Notes: generated from the sequence alone by a model not told the origin. 64,000 nt of DNA from Parcubacteria group bacterium Gr01-1014_8 (GCA_007376385.1 VMGC01000001.1:1-64000); one strand, 5' to 3'; shown: positions 15,748 to 25,642, counted from the first letter of the stretch. Numbers and translations: made by a program.

Positions 15748-18700
15748 TCACCCGCCGCACTTGAAAGCTGTGCCGGAGGTATAGGGCCCAAGCACAGCAG
15801 GATCAAAGTTGGCGTGCACCCACCAATTGTACGTCTTCCCCGCGACGACATTCGTCGAGTACGTGGCGACGAGGATGCCGTTGTCTTCGCGATAGAACAC
15901 CGATGAACCCGGCTCGATGAGGCGGACGTGGTAGTGGATGGCGCCGGGCATCGCATCCCACGTGAGCGTCACGTGCGTGCTGTCGGTGCAGGTCGCTTGC
16001 AAATTGGTCGGCGCCACCGCCGGTGCGACGCAGGTAAACGCGGTGCCCATCGTGTAGTCGCCGAGCGTTCCTACTGCCGGATTCGCGTGCACCCACCACG
16101 AGTAGTTCGTCCCCGGCACGACGGATGCGGTGAAGGTCGTCCCCTGGAACCACTCCTCGATCTTGTGGAATATTTGCGATCCCACTTGGATGATGCGGAT
16201 CCCGTAATTCGCGGCACCCGGAGACGCATTCCAGGAGAGCGTGACTTCATCCCCTGCGGGCTTGCACGACGCTTGGAGGCCCGTCGGCGCGGGGACGCTG
16301 ATAACCGCGCAGTCTTTGTATTGGTACTGGTTGTCTCCGCTCCAGATGCCCTTGGAGCACGTCCGCACCTGCGAAACAGCCGTGCAGGTATTCGGCGCTT
16401 GCACGGTTTTTGCGGAATAGAAGGTGTACGATTCGCCGTTCTGCTTCGTGACACCGTCAAGCGTGCATGACTGGTCCACCGGCGCAGAAAGTTGTTTCGA
16501 CATGCGACGTATCTCTTTGTACTGGAAATCGTATGGCGTGCCTCCCTTCTGGCATCCGGTCGTCACATAGATGGTGCCGTCATAATAGTACGCTTCGGGC
16601 ACGTGGTTTGCGGCGCAGCCGGACTCGGCGTCAACGTATCCTTGCGTCGTCCAGTGGATGCCATCCGGCGAGGTCGCCTCGGTTATCTTGCGCGCCTGCC
16701 ACGGATCCTGGGTCGCCTGGTCATACTGCTGTGGAGGGTCGCCGTAGGCGTAGTAGGTGCTGTTTACCTTGATGACATCAGGGTTCGGGAATGCGTACAT
16801 CTGCGGGTTGTCGCCGACGTTCACGCCCGTGAAGGTGCCGGCAAGGAACGCCGATTGGGTCGGGCTTGCAAGCGGCAGCTCCGCGTATCCCATCACGAGG
16901 CCTCCCGTTGTGTTCCAATAGTCGAACCACATCCTGAATTTCCCATTCTCGTACATCAAGGATGGACGGTGATACATGTTGCCGTTCAGGTTGTCCTGTT
17001 TCCCCGCTTCGGTCGGCGACACGAAGTACGGCTTCGTCGCCTTCTGCCAGTGGATGCCGTCGGTCGAGACCGCTGCCATGATCCCCTGGAAATCCTGGTC
17101 GGTGTCTCCCGCCTGGCCGGATGCTTTCCCATCGAGGTCGTTTCCGGTTGCGCTGTAGACCATGTAGTAATCGGCGCCGATTTTCACGACCGACGGGTCG
17201 CCGTTGTGTACCCCATCGTAGTACGTGCTTCCAGCGGTGATGACGGGCTTCCAGAGCGATGCCGTCATCGTCGTATCGTATTGCGGCGTGCCGCCTGAAT
17301 CCCCCTTATACACCTGCCACGAGAGGCCGTTTGCGGAACGCGCATAGAATATCGCATCGCACGGCGTGCCGGGCGTGAAGCCGCCGGGGTTATTGCACGT
17401 GTACGCCGCCCATCCCATAAACCACATCTTGTACGGGTAGCTGGCGTCGGAAACGTCACGGATGATGTGCCCATTGTACAGGTTGAGGAAATTACTCAAG
17501 AGGGTCGTCCCCCGATTCCACTGTGAGGTGACGTTGTTGAGCGTGATGCCGGATGGTATTGACGCCGATTGCACCGAGACTATCGCCGAGCACTGCGCCG
17601 TCCCTCCCGCACCCGTCACGCTTGCCGTGTATGTCTTCGTCGCCGTGATGTTGGTGATCTGCTTTGTTCCATTCACGGGTACCGCGCCGATGCCTTGGTC
17701 GATCGTTGCGCTCGTCGCATTTTGGGATGAGAGGGTGAGTACGGACGAGCCGCCCGGTTGCACGGATTCCGGATTTGCCTTAAGCGTGCACGTCGGCGCT
17801 TGCGTCTGTACTTGCTCACACGATGCGTACTGGTATAGCGAAGAGCCGCTAAGAGTCCCATCCGTACACGTGCGCGATTGCGATACGACACTGCACGTAT
17901 TCGGCGCTTGCACGGTTTTTGCAGAATAGAAGGTGCGCGACTGGCCATGGAGGACGGTAACGCCGTCGAGCGTGCACGAGTCGGTGCCGCTCGTTATCTT
18001 CTGGAGATAGTTTTCAGCAGACCAGCCTGTCACTCCCGGCAAGAAGCCACTCCCATCCCACTTCACCTGCCACCAAGTGTAGCCGTCGGCGCTCTGCGGG
18101 CCGTTCGTAACGACACCCGTTGTGCCTCTCAGTGCCTTGCCGACGATTGACGCTCCGAGGGAGGGCGCCTCGCGGACGTTGAGCGTGTCGGTTGCCTTGA
18201 CCTTGTCACCAATAGAGAATTTTCCCGCGCTCTGCACGCTGCAGCTCGGGTATTGGTAGCTGCCGGAGAGCGTGCCGTTGTTGCAGGTGCGCGTTTGCGA
18301 AACGCATTGTCCTCCGGCGGGAACTGATGATGATTGATATGCGGTGACGGTTCCTCCGTGCAAAATAGTTTGGCCGTTGAACGTGCATGACTGATTCCCC
18401 GGCGTCTGCACCGCAACCGTCGCAGAGCACGCCGCGCTCCCTCCCGCGCCCGTCACTGTCGCTGTGTATGTTTTGGTCGTTGTGATGTTGGTGACGTTCG
18501 TCGTGCCGTTCACCGCGACGGCGCCGACGCCTTGGTCTATGGTTGCGCTCGTCGCGTTTTGCGAGGTGAGCGTCAAGATCGAACTGCCGCCAGGTTGTAC
18601 AGACTCCGGATTTGCCTTCAGTGTACACGAAGGAGCCGTACCGGTTGAGATTTTCTGGAGATAGTCCTCCACGGACCAGCCGGTCGCTCCTGGCAAGAAA

Positions 18701-19068
18701 CCGGAACCGTCCCACTTCACTTGCCACCAGGTGTAACCGTCGGCACTTTGTGGACCAGAGGCAACGGCGCCCATCATGCCTTTCAATGCGACGCCGACGA
18801 TATCCCCTTCGAGGGAAGGCATCGAACGGACGTTGAGGTTGTCCGTTGCTTTGACGCGATCTCCCACTACGAATTTCGACGCTCCAGACGCGGCAGCCAC
18901 CATGCTGTCCGCACCTTGCGAAGCGATGATCTGCGATATTTGCTGATAGAGCGCCTGGACGCGGGAGAGGAGCTGGGCTATTTCTGATTCTTGGTTTGTG
19001 CCAAGGGCGAGAGTAGAGAACGGAAAAGCGAGAACAATGAAGCCGATTATGAGGGATTTTTTAAGCAT
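15748..19068 (-). CDS. giant (1106 aa) secreted multidomain protein: two SH3b domains, 4-Cys modules, Ig-like repeats, GH43/GH32-like beta-propeller region, FN3-like C-terminal repeats
   Basis: Signal peptide MLKKSLIIGFIVLAFPFSTLALG. GD(R/K)VKATD(N/T)LNVR ... GPQSADGYTWWQVKWDGSGFLPG is SH3b, twice. GDPSVVKIGADYYMVYSATGND ... DGIHW resembles the five-bladed propeller glycosidases. PAPTGLQASCKPAGDEVTLSWNASPGAANY and APTNLQATCTDSTHVTLTWDAMPGAIHY are FN3-like. Confidence 0.85.
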   Translation of the reverse strand: MLKKSLIIGFIVLAFPFSTLALGTNQESEIAQLLSRVQALYQQISQIIASQGADSMVAAASGASKFVVGDRVKATDNLNVRSMPSLEGDIVGVALKGMMGAVASGPQSADGYTWWQVKWDGSGFLPGATGWSVEDYLQKISTGTAPSCTLKANPESVQPGGSSILTLTSQNATSATIDQGVGAVAVNGTTNVTNITTTKTYTATVTGAGGSAACSATVAVQTPGNQSCTFNGQTILHGGTVTAYQSSSVPAGGQCVSQTRTCNNGTLSGSYQYPSCSVQSAGKFSIGDKVKATDTLNVREAPSLGASIVGKALRGTTGVVTNGPQSADGYTWWQVKWDGSGFLPGVTGWSAENYLQKITSGTDSCTLDGVTVLHGQSRTFYSAKTVQAPNTCSVVSQSRTCTDGTLSGSSLYQYASCEQVQTQAPTCTLKANPESVQPGGSSVLTLSSQNATSATIDQGIGAVPVNGTKQITNITATKTYTASVTGAGGTAQCSAIVSVQSASIPSGITLNNVTSQWNRGTTLLSNFLNLYNGHIIRDVSDASYPYKMWFMGWAAYTCNNPGGFTPGTPCDAIFYARSANGLSWQVYKGDSGGTPQYDTTMTASLWKPVITAGSTYYDGVHNGDPSVVKIGADYYMVYSATGNDLDGKASGQAGDTDQDFQGIMAAVSTDGIHWQKATKPYFVSPTEAGKQDNLNGNMYHRPSLMYENGKFRMWFDYWNTTGGLVMGYAELPLASPTQSAFLAGTFTGVNVGDNPQMYAFPNPDVIKVNSTYYAYGDPPQQYDQATQDPWQARKITEATSPDGIHWTTQGYVDAESGCAANHVPEAYYYDGTIYVTTGCQKGGTPYDFQYKEIRRMSKQLSAPVDQSCTLDGVTKQNGESYTFYSAKTVQAPNTCTAVSQVRTCSKGIWSGDNQYQYKDCAVISVPAPTGLQASCKPAGDEVTLSWNASPGAANYGIRIIQVGSQIFHKIEEWFQGTTFTASVVPGTNYSWWVHANPAVGTLGDYTMGTAFTCVAPAVAPTNLQATCTDSTHVTLTWDAMPGAIHYHVRLIEPGSSVFYREDNGILVATYSTNVVAGKTYNWWVHANFDPAVLGPYTSGTAFKCGG

Positions 19069-19111
19069 GCGGGGGAGTGAATCAATAATGCAATAAGTAT
19101 GCCATCCAGCC

Positions 19112-19139
19112 CCAGTTTTGCTGCAGCAAAACTGGGGCT
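19112..19139. promoter_or_regulatory. perfect 14-bp-arm palindrome CCCCAGTTTTGCTG-CAGCAAAACTGGGG in the divergent intergenic region
   Basis: Read directly. Located 45 nt upstream of the start of the 1106-aa gene (minus strand) and about 75 nt upstream of the ORF 19215 (+). Confidence 0.55.
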
Positions 19140-19214
19140 GGGTGTGGACAGTTTTTTCGGACGATACTTCCTCGCCGCGACCACCTCACCCGCAACGTTG
19201 CGCGGAACGACAAC

Positions 19215-19580
19215 ATGGTGAGAAAACTCAAGATCCCTCTGCGGGGCGCCTTTTTCACCCATGCTACCATACGTCGCATGTCAGAAGAGCTGAAACAGCC
19301 AAAAGGGAAATTGAGCCGCCGCGCGCTCATCCTGGGAAGTGCGTCATCACTCATACCCAGCGCTGAAGCACAAGATCTGGATCCGAACGAGCCAGTGGAT
19401 GTCACGGATTTTTTTGGAATCTACGGAACACAGCGTGAGCGCGAGCAAGCCGTCGTAGAAGCCTGGAACCGCGTAAGGTCAATGGGGGAAGGTGCTACCG
19501 TGTATTATCTCCCCAAAGACCAGCAAAAACATATGGATTTTGTGAATCAGGAACTACGGCGCTCGACCGAACACCGGTAG
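19215..19580 (+). CDS. hypothetical small exported protein (possible twin-arginine-like signal: SRRALILGSASSL)
   Basis: 121-aa ORF in an otherwise gene-free gap. No recognisable domain. Confidence 0.35.
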   Translation: MVRKLKIPLRGAFFTHATIRRMSEELKQPKGKLSRRALILGSASSLIPSAEAQDLDPNEPVDVTDFFGIYGTQREREQAVVEAWNRVRSMGEGATVYYLPKDQQKHMDFVNQELRRSTEHR

Positions 19581-19591
19581 TCCGTAAGACC

Positions 19592-19990
19592 GTGTGGCGG
19601 CGAGATGGACGAACGGGAGTGCATTTTAATGGCCGCTTCCCGCTTGGTCCTTTGCATCGTGCCGTTATCCATCTCGAGGAAATTCGCGAAGATCTCACGC
19701 TTCTTCGGACATCCGTATACAAAAATCAGGAACGCACTGCGCGCCTTATTCTTGAATGGTCGCGTGGCAACCGGTTCCACCCATCATTTGGCGACCCTGA
19801 CCATGTATGGGGAGTAAGCCTCGCAGGCAGCGGCAGAGGAGAAAATGTCGCGATGGTACAGCTCCCTGATGGCAGCGTGGCAGACATCGCCTTCGGGTAT
19901 CTTATGGGTCCGGCGCCAACGCAGGGGCGAGTCGAGATTGCCGGCGGGATATGGCGCCAGATCATGGTTATCATCGCGACGGGCGGATAG
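19592..19990 (+). CDS. hypothetical protein
   Basis: 132-aa ORF following 19215..19580. No recognisable motif. Coding status uncertain. Confidence 0.25.
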   Translation: MWRRDGRTGVHFNGRFPLGPLHRAVIHLEEIREDLTLLRTSVYKNQERTARLILEWSRGNRFHPSFGDPDHVWGVSLAGSGRGENVAMVQLPDGSVADIAFGYLMGPAPTQGRVEIAGGIWRQIMVIIATGG

Positions 19991-20168
19991 CGTAACAGCG
20001 CACCGGATATCCAGCATCGACACACTCCCCAAACGAGGTAGCGAGAGGCGCGTCCGGCGGCGTAAATCCGAATACCGAAGCAATCGCTTGCCACAGCCCG
20101 ACGAAAAATCCTAAAAAGGAAGGCATATTGCACGCTTGGGCGAATTACGCACGACGCCCTAAGGCACC

Positions 20169-23156
20169 TCAAAGATACGAGACGTTTATCGTTGCAGTAT
20201 ACGGGGTTCCGCTTCCGGGCGGGAAGATCTTCGCGGTGTACGTGCCGGGTAGATTGTATGTATGCGGCCATGAGAGCGAAAACATATAACAATCCGTGGT
20301 CTTATGCGGGATTGGTGCAAGGTCATTGAAGCTCGCAGACGTGCCATCTCCATAGTCGATGCTGTACGGCCGGTAGTCGCACACGTTCATCGAGGAACCG
20401 AACGTAACCGTGAGGGGCGCAGAACCACTTGCAGGCTGGGCGCTTAGGATCTTCGGCGAGTCAAAGTAGATAAGTGCGAAAGTAACAGGCGCGCTGCCGC
20501 ATTGATTGCTGAGGTTGCTACATACTTCTACTGTATAGGTTCCGGCAGGCATTCCTTCGGGTATGCCAAGCGATAGAGAAAGTCTGGTACCTCCGTCACT
20601 CGACGGCACGTTGCTTCCAACGTTCCAGCCTGCATTTCCGCTAACCAGGTTTACGATGTTGGATGTGCCGAAGCCCGTGCCGGTGATCACAACTGGCGTT
20701 GCAATGCTGCCACTCGAAGGCGTGATCGAGAATATGGCCGGCCGTGCCACATTCTGCGCACTGATGGTGAATTGCGGAGACCAATTGTTGACCAGCACAC
20801 ACGATCCCGATGTGCAGCCCGCCTGCGACCCAGCGGCGAGAAGGTACGCATGGATGTTGTGTGTCCCGGGCGTCCAGCTGGGTGGTATGGGCCAGCTGTA
20901 GCTACCTGTTGTTGGGAAGAGCGACGTACCGGGCGTAGGGTTGAGGAGGGCGAAGTCCTGCGCTCCGTTGGGGCCGGGCACCGTGAGCCATAGCGAGACG
21001 CCCGAGCCGGTCGGTGCATTATCGCTCGACCATGAGACGGGAAGTGTGCTGCCGACAGTGTAGCTGCCGCCCGTAGGAGAACTCACCCGAATGTTGGGGA
21101 TGCCAGTGGACGATGTCACGAAGGTGAAGGGCGTGTCACTGAAATCTCTTGCGTACGAACCATCGGCTCCCTGCCACTCGGCGAGAAGATACCACTGCCC
21201 CGGTGCATACCATTTATTTATCTGTGTGTTACCGCTGTCGACGATCGGATCCTGAACCGCCGGGTCGAAGCCGTTCCCCGTCCTCAGCCAGCGGTATTCC
21301 CCTTGTTTCCACAAGTCATCGTTACGCCTCGTAAGGGTGAGTATGATATCGCCCTTGCTCTTTGCGTTGTTGACCACTACCTTGAGCGGCATGAAGTCCC
21401 CGGTGTCATCGGTCGTTCCTATGACGTATGTCTCGCCACCGCTCGGGGCGCTCACGCGGATATCCAGCTTTGACTGATTCACGAAAGAAAACGGCATGTC
21501 GCTCTTGTCGTCTAGATACCCTGACCCGTCGGCTTTTTGACCGGTAATATAAATCTTGAAGATGGCGCCTTGGTCAATGTCCGTTGCAAAGTCTTTAGGC
21601 ATCCATGTATACGAACCAGAAGCGACGATATCCGGTCCCACGTCTTTGTTGATCCACGCTTTCCACATGTCGTTTTTATACAGAGCGATACTCATGTGGT
21701 TAAGACCGACCTGACTCCAATAAATAGTGTGTTTCTGGTCGAGTGGAATAACCTCCCCGCCATTAGGCGTAGTAATCCTCAAGCTCGCGGGCTGATTGGC
21801 ATACATTAGGGTCACGTAATCGCTCACCGTCGAGGTGTCTGAGCGTCTGCAGGTTATGTTCACGTAGTTCGCCGAAACATAATACATGCCGCTCCCTGAC
21901 GGATCTACATTGATATTGCCTACCGTGTCTCCCGGCCTCGCAGTGACACCGTACAGTACGCAACTTGTAACATTTCTGCCAATCCACGAAACGGTGATGG
22001 CGGTATTCACGGCTACTTGAACCGGGCCATCAGAGCCATTTACTTTTAGATCGATTGCGGGTGCGAGTAGCGTGAAGGCTGCGTCAGAACGATCCCATGC
22101 GCCTGTATTGTTGTTGACGACGCGTACATAGTACTGGCCGGGGGGCGGATACTTGCCGACGCTGTTTGCATCAAACACGCGCATATAGGTGTGGATCGAA
22201 GCCTTACCTTCTTCGCGAAGCTGGCCGACTACTGTAAACAGTTCGCTTCCACCATCTCGTCGTTCGAGATACGCAGAGACCTCATGTGCTGGATTTACCA
22301 CCGGGTCGTAACCGTATGGTTTCCAAGTAATGGTGTTCATGACTCCCTCCTCCCACACCTCGCCGCCATTGGGAGACACAACAGTAATCGGATTAGACGT
22401 GTTCCCGCCTGTAACAGTTATCCAGACCAGCCCCACAAGCGTGCGGATACAGCCCGCCGGGCAATCCTGAAGTTCATAGAGCACGGCTTTATACGTGCCC
22501 GATGATGTATATGTGTGTGAGACGCCATCTTTACCCTCTGCCCTCGTGCCGTACTCTGGAGTGCCATCGCCAAAATTGAGCACGTATCCGTCGCCGACCG
22601 CTTTTAAGTGTTCCATGACAAACCAGACAGAAAGTGGAGCAGCACCAATAGTCGGCGTTGCAGAGAGAAAATTTTCTGATAAGTCCGCATTCGCCGCCGC
22701 CTGTGCCCTTCCACACACTTCAGCGATCTTTGCTCGCGTCATACTACCGACAATGCCATATGCGGGAAGACCGTGTTCCTTTTGGAATTGGATGACGTAT
22801 TTCTCGGTCAATTTTCCGAAGTAACCGGTCACGATGTCTTCTTCGTTGAGACCGTAGTATTCTGCAAGAAATATCTGGAGTTCCGTTACCTGCCCCGGGG
22901 GGTTCGTCTGACTATCGCGGAAGGGGCGCTTCATTGTGGTCGAAAGCTGGGGGCAATAAACGCCGGGAGTGGAATCACCACTCGGGTAGTCATCGGTCGT
23001 CGCGGCGCCAAGCACCATGCCGTTTGTCGAGAGACCCCGTAGCTGTGCGAGCACGGACTCAAGTTGTAGGCGGATTTCGTCGAGTGTTTTGGCGGAAGTT
23101 GTCAAAGGCAGGGCAAAGACGACGAGGCAAGCACCCAAAGAAATGTATTTTTTCAT
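20169..23156 (-). CDS. giant secreted cell-wall-binding protein: PG_binding_1-like, PKD-type modules, IPT/TIG-like module
   Basis: Signal peptide MKKYISLGACLVVFALPLTTSA. TELQIFLAEYYGL ... GYFGKLTEKYVIQFQKEHGLPAYGIVG is PG-binding. LNFGDGTPEYG ... HTYTSSGTYKAVL and SIDYGDGTSASF ... HTYNLPGTYTAKI are PKD. IFSITPSSGSIATPVVITGTGFG is IPT-like. Confidence 0.8.
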   Translation of the reverse strand: MKKYISLGACLVVFALPLTTSAKTLDEIRLQLESVLAQLRGLSTNGMVLGAATTDDYPSGDSTPGVYCPQLSTTMKRPFRDSQTNPPGQVTELQIFLAEYYGLNEEDIVTGYFGKLTEKYVIQFQKEHGLPAYGIVGSMTRAKIAEVCGRAQAAANADLSENFLSATPTIGAAPLSVWFVMEHLKAVGDGYVLNFGDGTPEYGTRAEGKDGVSHTYTSSGTYKAVLYELQDCPAGCIRTLVGLVWITVTGGNTSNPITVVSPNGGEVWEEGVMNTITWKPYGYDPVVNPAHEVSAYLERRDGGSELFTVVGQLREEGKASIHTYMRVFDANSVGKYPPPGQYYVRVVNNNTGAWDRSDAAFTLLAPAIDLKVNGSDGPVQVAVNTAITVSWIGRNVTSCVLYGVTARPGDTVGNINVDPSGSGMYYVSANYVNITCRRSDTSTVSDYVTLMYANQPASLRITTPNGGEVIPLDQKHTIYWSQVGLNHMSIALYKNDMWKAWINKDVGPDIVASGSYTWMPKDFATDIDQGAIFKIYITGQKADGSGYLDDKSDMPFSFVNQSKLDIRVSAPSGGETYVIGTTDDTGDFMPLKVVVNNAKSKGDIILTLTRRNDDLWKQGEYRWLRTGNGFDPAVQDPIVDSGNTQINKWYAPGQWYLLAEWQGADGSYARDFSDTPFTFVTSSTGIPNIRVSSPTGGSYTVGSTLPVSWSSDNAPTGSGVSLWLTVPGPNGAQDFALLNPTPGTSLFPTTGSYSWPIPPSWTPGTHNIHAYLLAAGSQAGCTSGSCVLVNNWSPQFTISAQNVARPAIFSITPSSGSIATPVVITGTGFGTSNIVNLVSGNAGWNVGSNVPSSDGGTRLSLSLGIPEGMPAGTYTVEVCSNLSNQCGSAPVTFALIYFDSPKILSAQPASGSAPLTVTFGSSMNVCDYRPYSIDYGDGTSASFNDLAPIPHKTTDCYMFSLSWPHTYNLPGTYTAKIFPPGSGTPYTATINVSYL

Positions 23157-23202
23157 GTTACGAAAGACTACAATGATGCACACAGTATAGCGCACATTAT
23201 TC

Positions 23203-25344
23203 TCACTTCCTCGCCGCAATCACCTCATCCGCCACATTCCTGGGGACAACAGCGTAGTGTGAGAACTCGAGATTCGGGACCGCGCGGCCTTCGGTGAGAG
23301 AGCGCAGCTGTGTCGTGAATCCGAACATTTCTGAAAGCGGGACTTTGGCGGTCACAACACGCGCTTGGCCACGCTCGCCCATCGCTTCCACCGTGCCGCG
23401 TTTCGAATTTATCATGCCGGTCACATCACCCATGAATTTCTCCGGCGTCACGACTTCCAATTTCATTATCGGTTCAAGAAGAACCGGCTTCGCCGCCTTC
23501 ATCGCGTCCTGCATCGCATTGATAGCCGCGAGCTTGAAGGCAATTTCAGATGAATCAACATCGTGGTACGAACCATCGTAGAGATCTACCGATACGTCAA
23601 CAACTTGGAAGCCGGCGAGAACTCCCCTGTCCATCGCTTCTTTCAGGCCTTTCTTGATAGGCGTAATGTATTCCGCCGGAATAACACCGCCCTTGATGTT
23701 ATTGATGAACTCGAAATGGTCTTCGCGTTCGACGTTCGCTTTCACTTTCTTTCCTTCGACGACTGGTTCGAGCGGCTTCACGCGAATTTTCACGTGGCCG
23801 TATTGACCCCGACCGCCCGTCTGCTTGATGTGCTTGTATTCGACATCTGCATTGCCCTGAATTGTTTCGCGATATGCAACTTGCGGCTTGCCGGTCGTCG
23901 CTTCAACAGCGAACTCGCGCTTCATTCGGTCAACAATAATTTCCAAATGCAGTTCGCCCATGCCTGAAATGATGGTTTCTCCCGTCTCAACATCCGACTT
24001 AATACGGAACGTCGGGTCCTCATCAGAAAGTCTTGAGAGTGCGATGCCCATTTTTTCCTGGTCTGCTTTTGTCTTAGGTTCGATACGCATCGAAACAACC
24101 GGCTCGGGAAAAATTATTTTTTCAAGCGCGATGGGGTGGTCCGGGTCGCAGAGCGTGTTGCCTATCTTCACTTCCTTCATACCGACGGCAGCGGCAATTT
24201 CTCCGGCGTACACAACCTTGACGTCTTCTCGCTTATCTGCCTGAAGTCTAACAATGCGTCCAAGCCTCTCCTTCTTATTGTTCGCAGAGTTGTACACTGT
24301 GTCTCCTGCTGCAATACTTCCCGAATAGACACGGAAGAATGACAAAGCTCCCACGAATGGGTCTACCTGCAGTTTGAATACGAGCGCAGAGAACGGCGCT
24401 TCATCAGATGCCGGCCGCGTTTCTTCAGCTCCTGTATCGGTGTTGATGCCTTTCGCTTGAGGGACCTCGAGCGGGCTTGGAAGATAGTCAACAACTGCGT
24501 CGAGTACGAGCTGTACTCCTTTATTTTTGAGAGAAGAGCCCGTGAGAACTGGAAAAATACGGTTCTCAATGACCGCCTGACGCAATGTCTTTCGCAGAAC
24601 ATCGACGGGAATTTCTTTTCCTTCCAAGTAGTCGGTCATCATCGTGTCGTCGTTCTCGACGATGCGTTCGACAAGTTCTTTGCGATACATTTCCGCGTCT
24701 GCTTTGAATTTTTCTGGAATATCGTACGCGATGACTTGTTTACCCATCTCGCCTTCAAATTTGTACGCCTTCATCGACATCAAGTCGATAATGCCCTCGA
24801 AATCTCCTTCGAGCCCGATTGGAATTTGCAGACGAACTGCTTTTGTAGAAAGCCTGTCCAAAATGCTCGCGTATGATTTTTCAAATGACGCGCCCGTTCG
24901 GTCGAGCTTGTTGATGTAACAGATGCGCGGCACTTCCGCCTCCTCCGCATAGCGCCAGTTCGTTTCTGATTGCGGTTCAACGCCGGCAACACCGTCGAAA
25001 ACAACAACTGCGCCATCGAGGACGCGCATGGAGCGCTTCACTTCGGATGTGAAGTCGATGTGTCCGGGAGTGTCAATGATGTTGAATCGCACTTTTTGCG
25101 AGATGTCCGCACCCATGTACGTCGGGTTCCAGAAACAGGTGATGGCAGCAGCGGTGATGGTGATGCCGCGTTCACGCTCCTGTTCCATCCAGTCGGTTAC
25201 CGTATTGCCTTCATGCACTTCCCCAATTTTGTGAGACTCACCAGTGTAGTAGAGAATTCGTTCAGACGTGGTCGTTTTCCCCGCATCTACATGGGCTACT
25301 ATCCCAAAGTTTCTGACTTTCTCGAGTGGATAATCGCGACTCAT
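23203..25344 (-). CDS. fusA: translation elongation factor G
   Basis: MSRDYPLEKVRNFGIVAHVDAGKTTTSERILYYTG (G1 P-loop), DTPGHIDF (G3), INKLDR (G4), and the full five-domain length. The ORF as given extends a further 54 codons upstream, but the canonical start is the Met at 25344. Confidence 0.95.
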   Translation of the reverse strand: MSRDYPLEKVRNFGIVAHVDAGKTTTSERILYYTGESHKIGEVHEGNTVTDWMEQERERGITITAAAITCFWNPTYMGADISQKVRFNIIDTPGHIDFTSEVKRSMRVLDGAVVVFDGVAGVEPQSETNWRYAEEAEVPRICYINKLDRTGASFEKSYASILDRLSTKAVRLQIPIGLEGDFEGIIDLMSMKAYKFEGEMGKQVIAYDIPEKFKADAEMYRKELVERIVENDDTMMTDYLEGKEIPVDVLRKTLRQAVIENRIFPVLTGSSLKNKGVQLVLDAVVDYLPSPLEVPQAKGINTDTGAEETRPASDEAPFSALVFKLQVDPFVGALSFFRVYSGSIAAGDTVYNSANNKKERLGRIVRLQADKREDVKVVYAGEIAAAVGMKEVKIGNTLCDPDHPIALEKIIFPEPVVSMRIEPKTKADQEKMGIALSRLSDEDPTFRIKSDVETGETIISGMGELHLEIIVDRMKREFAVEATTGKPQVAYRETIQGNADVEYKHIKQTGGRGQYGHVKIRVKPLEPVVEGKKVKANVEREDHFEFINNIKGGVIPAEYITPIKKGLKEAMDRGVLAGFQVVDVSVDLYDGSYHDVDSSEIAFKLAAINAMQDAMKAAKPVLLEPIMKLEVVTPEKFMGDVTGMINSKRGTVEAMGERGQARVVTAKVPLSEMFGFTTQLRSLTEGRAVPNLEFSHYAVVPRNVADEVIAARK

Positions 25345-25346
25345 AA

Positions 25347-25625
25347 TTAATTTAGCTTGGTTAACGTTAATCCCACGTTGGTCGAAAGGGGAGGGATTGA
25401 AAAGTGGTTTAAGGAGCTTTTCAAAAGTTTTCCCGTGGAGGAAAGCAGCGAGTTCTTCTGGTCGAGCGTTGAAAACCGTGGGCGACCAAGAAAATAACGA
25501 GTGCACAACGAGTATATTTTCTGAAGTACTCTTGTGGTGTTTTCAAGGAGCGACGTACTCGTCGCGACGACGGGTGCGACAATGCCGAAGTTGCGTACCT
25601 TTTCCAATGGATAGTCTCTAGTCAT
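25347..25625 (-). other. upstream ORF (92 aa) whose first 17 residues (MTRDYPLEKVRNFGIVA) duplicate the EF-G N-terminus; remnant fusA 5' copy or leader ORF
   Basis: Its stop (TAA) lies 2 nt before the fusA ATG. The 5' 51 nt encode the same peptide as fusA but with many synonymous differences. After residue 17 there is no EF-G similarity. Confidence 0.4.
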
Positions 25626-25642
25626 ATATTTACAAAAGAAAA

